Positions 29,821 to 32,160 of a stretch of 32,160 nucleotides of DNA are shown in pieces. The stretch's first letter is position 1; each line of letters opens with the position of its first letter. Under the pieces are notes generated by a model, which saw nothing but the letters and a program-made list of their open reading frames with translations, did no database searches and was not told the DNA's origin. This DNA comes from Coriobacteriaceae bacterium (GTDB lineage Bacteria; Actinomycetota; Coriobacteriia; Anaerosomatales; SLCP01): positions 1 to 32,160 of the forward strand of contig PWVH01000067.1 of assembly GCA_003563465.1 (NCBI GenBank). The letters are read 5' to 3'. The translations under genes and the position numbers were made by a program.

Positions 29821-30594
29821 TCACCAGGTAGTCTCCTCGGCCGGTGGCTCTGTCCTCGGTACGTATCTTATACGTTTTGCGAAGAGGCGAAGCGCCTGGT
29901 AGTGGATGAAAAGCCAGGCACGGGCGGACATCGGACCGTAGCGAGCTATAGCGCGCAGCAAAGCTGCGTCGGTGAGCGGACGCGCCGTGAGAGATACCGC
30001 CGCGATGAGCAGAAGCGGGCCCTTGACGAAATCGAGGAGGCTCACGGAAAGCTGCTCGCCCGGCTCGCTGAAGCGGAACTCGTAACGAGCATCCATCTCG
30101 ATGAACGGCGAGACGTGAAACACCTTGACCATTTCGGGGGCGCTTTGCCAATCGAAGACGTCACCACCGTTGTGGAGTAGGTAGTTGTGGTGGTCGCCGA
30201 AGGTGTTCTGCACCTCGGCTAGGACCGCCCGGGGGGTTCCGTCGGCGTGGAAGCAGTACCAGAAGGAGACCGGATAGAACTTGAAGCCAAGAACACGGGG
30301 GAAGGTGAGTAACCGCACCGGGCCCCTCTCGAGATCGATTCCCGCGCGTGCGAGGGTAGCGTCTACCCACGGGCGCCATGCAGAGCCGTCGCGCGGGCCG
30401 TGATCGCGGGTCCGCAGCGTGACGAGGTTCGCGCGGTCGACCGAGAACAGCCGCAGCGACTCGTCGAGCAACTCCAGCTCGTCGAGGTCTACGTACAGAT
30501 AGTAGATGCCGTAGCGGAAGCGGTTGGCGCGCGGAATCCTGCGGTCGTGGGCGACCGTTCCGACATAGAGCCTGCTGTGCACTGACGTCGTCAT
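29821..30594 (-). CDS. DUF1365 family protein (UfaO-like)
   Basis: LYVGTVAHDR, FYPVSFWYC, AEVQNTFGDHHNY, KVFHVSPF, IHYQALRL; start set at ATG 30594. Confidence 0.9.
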   Translation of the reverse strand: MTTSVHSRLYVGTVAHDRRIPRANRFRYGIYYLYVDLDELELLDESLRLFSVDRANLVTLRTRDHGPRDGSAWRPWVDATLARAGIDLERGPVRLLTFPRVLGFKFYPVSFWYCFHADGTPRAVLAEVQNTFGDHHNYLLHNGGDVFDWQSAPEMVKVFHVSPFIEMDARYEFRFSEPGEQLSVSLLDFVKGPLLLIAAVSLTARPLTDAALLRAIARYGPMSARAWLFIHYQALRLFAKRIRYVPRTEPPAEETTW

Positions 30595-30604
30595 CCTGCG
30601 AACC

Positions 30605-31897
30605 CTATACGACTCGCGTACGCGTCTCGTCAAGCTCGTCGCCCCAGGGAAGTCGCGCGCCCATCGCTTCGGCGACCCATACCGCCGAGAGCATACCGTC
30701 TTCGTGAAAGCCATAGCGCTGCCACGCTCCGGCGAACCAGGTGTGGCGTTCGCCTTGTATCTCGCCGAGGCGGCCCTGTGCTGCGACCGCATCCGCGGAG
30801 AAGAGCGGATGCGTATAGGACATGCGTCCGATCACGCTCGCCGGGGCGGGGTCACGCACGGGGTTGAGCGTCACAAGCAGTGGGGTTTCGACCCCCAAAG
30901 GCTGCAGCCGGTTCAGATAGTAGGTCAGCGAGAGGCCGGAGGCGACCACCTCCGCTGTCTCCGAGAAGTAGTTCCACGACGCATGTGCCCTCTTGCGTGA
31001 AGGCAGAAACGAAGTGTCCGTGTGCAGGACGATATCGTTTCGGCTCGAAGCGAATGCGCCGAGCACCGCGCGCTCGGCGTCGGTCGGGTCAGCGAGCATG
31101 GAGAGCGACTCGTCGGCGTGGGAGGCGATCACAACGGCATCGTAGCGCTCTTCACCGTCCGGCCAGCTTACGATGACACCGTCGGGGCGCCGCTCGACGC
31201 GCTCGACCGGCGACGAGACCCTGACCGTCCCCGAGATCTGACGTGCTGCGGATTCCACATAAGTGCGGGCCCCGCCCACCAGGCTTCGCCACTGCGGTTT
31301 GCCGGTTATGTGCAGCAGCCCATGGTTGTCGCAGAAGCGCAGGAAGGTCTTGGCCGGGAAATCGAGCATCTGGCCGGGCGGGGTCGACCATATCGCCGAT
31401 CCCATCGGAATCAAGTACCAGTCGGTGAACCCCTTCCCGAGCCGCTCGCGCTCGAGAAGCTCGCCGAGAGTGAGGGGGTCGACGCTTTCGTCTGCGAGCA
31501 GGCGCTCGGCCATTGTGGAGAAGCGGACGATATCGACCAACATGCGCAGGAAACCCGGGCTGATCAGATTGGTGCGCTGAGCGAAGATCGAGTCCAGGCT
31601 ATTGCCGGCCCACTCGACGCTCTCTTCGGGGCATTGAACCGAGAAAGACATGTCGCTCTCGGCATGGCTGACGCCGAGCCGCTCGAAGAAGCGGATGAGG
31701 TTGGGGTAGGTTCGCTCGTTGTAGACCATGAAACCCGTGTCGGCGGGCGCGGTCTGCCCGTCGAGCGTCACGTCGTGCGTGTGAGCATGCCCTCCGAGCC
31801 GGGCATCGGCCTCGAACAGATCGACTTCGTTGGCCGGAGAGAGCAGCCAGGCCGCCCCCAGCCCGGATATGCCCGCGCCGATCACGCCTACTTTCAC
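30605..31897 (-). CDS. FAD-dependent oxidoreductase, amine-oxidase-like family (UfaD-like)
   Basis: GAGISG Rossmann, LGGHAHT, DTGFMVYNERTYPN, SDMSFS, GAWQRYGFHEDG. Confidence 0.92.
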   Translation of the reverse strand: MKVGVIGAGISGLGAAWLLSPANEVDLFEADARLGGHAHTHDVTLDGQTAPADTGFMVYNERTYPNLIRFFERLGVSHAESDMSFSVQCPEESVEWAGNSLDSIFAQRTNLISPGFLRMLVDIVRFSTMAERLLADESVDPLTLGELLERERLGKGFTDWYLIPMGSAIWSTPPGQMLDFPAKTFLRFCDNHGLLHITGKPQWRSLVGGARTYVESAARQISGTVRVSSPVERVERRPDGVIVSWPDGEERYDAVVIASHADESLSMLADPTDAERAVLGAFASSRNDIVLHTDTSFLPSRKRAHASWNYFSETAEVVASGLSLTYYLNRLQPLGVETPLLVTLNPVRDPAPASVIGRMSYTHPLFSADAVAAQGRLGEIQGERHTWFAGAWQRYGFHEDGMLSAVWVAEAMGARLPWGDELDETRTRVV

Positions 31898-32018
31898 GCT
31901 ATCCTCCCATGCCCGATGGAGCCGAACGTGTCGTTTTCCCAGCCCTCACGGGTATATCTTCCCGAAACGGGCGCCAAACACCAGCGGCGCCTTCTTCCGA
32001 ACATACGGAGGTCTTGCG

Positions 32019-32160
32019 ATGCCCCTCATTCTCGTCACAGGAGTCTCGACAGGCATCGGACGTGCGCTGGCCGAGCGATTCGCGCGCGACGGGTGGACGG
32101 TGGTCGGGACCGCCCGCGACCCTAGCCGTCTGGCTAACGTGGCATGGCCGGGGGACGTGC
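32019..32160 (+). CDS. SDR family oxidoreductase (3' truncated by window edge)
   Basis: Hand translation MPLILVTGVSTGIGRALAERFARDGWTVVGTARD (TGxxxGIG); GGAGG RBS. Confidence 0.88.
   Translation, partial: MPLILVTGVSTGIGRALAERFARDGWTVVGTARDPSRLANVAWPGDV

Noticed and set aside
29783-30151. N-terminal extension of the Cfa-like ORF (possible fusion or frameshift)
   Set aside because: Overlaps DUF1365 in another frame with non-protein-like sequence; ATG 29782 gives a normal-length protein
31022-32125. 367-aa plus-strand ORF
   Set aside because: Antisense to the FAD oxidoreductase and out of frame with the real SDR start at 32019

Overview
This window is the chromosomal replication-origin region of a high-GC monoderm bacterium. 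Gene order and content suggest Actinomycetota, possibly an anaerobic Coriobacteriia-like lineage (inference). The core is ytxH-parB-parA-rsmG-(two parS)-jag-yidC-yidD-rnpA-rpmH on the minus strand, then a DnaA-box cluster, an unexpected GHKL-ATPase/wHTH gene, dnaA, a second DnaA-box cluster with DnaA-trios, and dnaN-dciA-gyrB-orf-gyrA on the plus strand (no recF). The left flank has a partial sensor kinase, ddl, an HtrA protease, a membrane-anchored multiheme cytochrome with one contracted CxCH motif, a reverse rubrerythrin and rlmN. The right flank has a HAD phosphatase, a MacAB/YknXYZ-like ABC system, DUF151, yjbQ, tRNA-Ile(GAU), a 51-aa putative secreted-peptide gene missed by the ORF track, a FAD oxidoreductase-DUF1365-Cfa lipid-modification operon and a partial SDR. 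The best candidates for new biology are the GHKL-wHTH gene embedded in the origin ahead of dnaA and the standalone secreted micro-peptide. I saw no mobile elements or CRISPR arrays.
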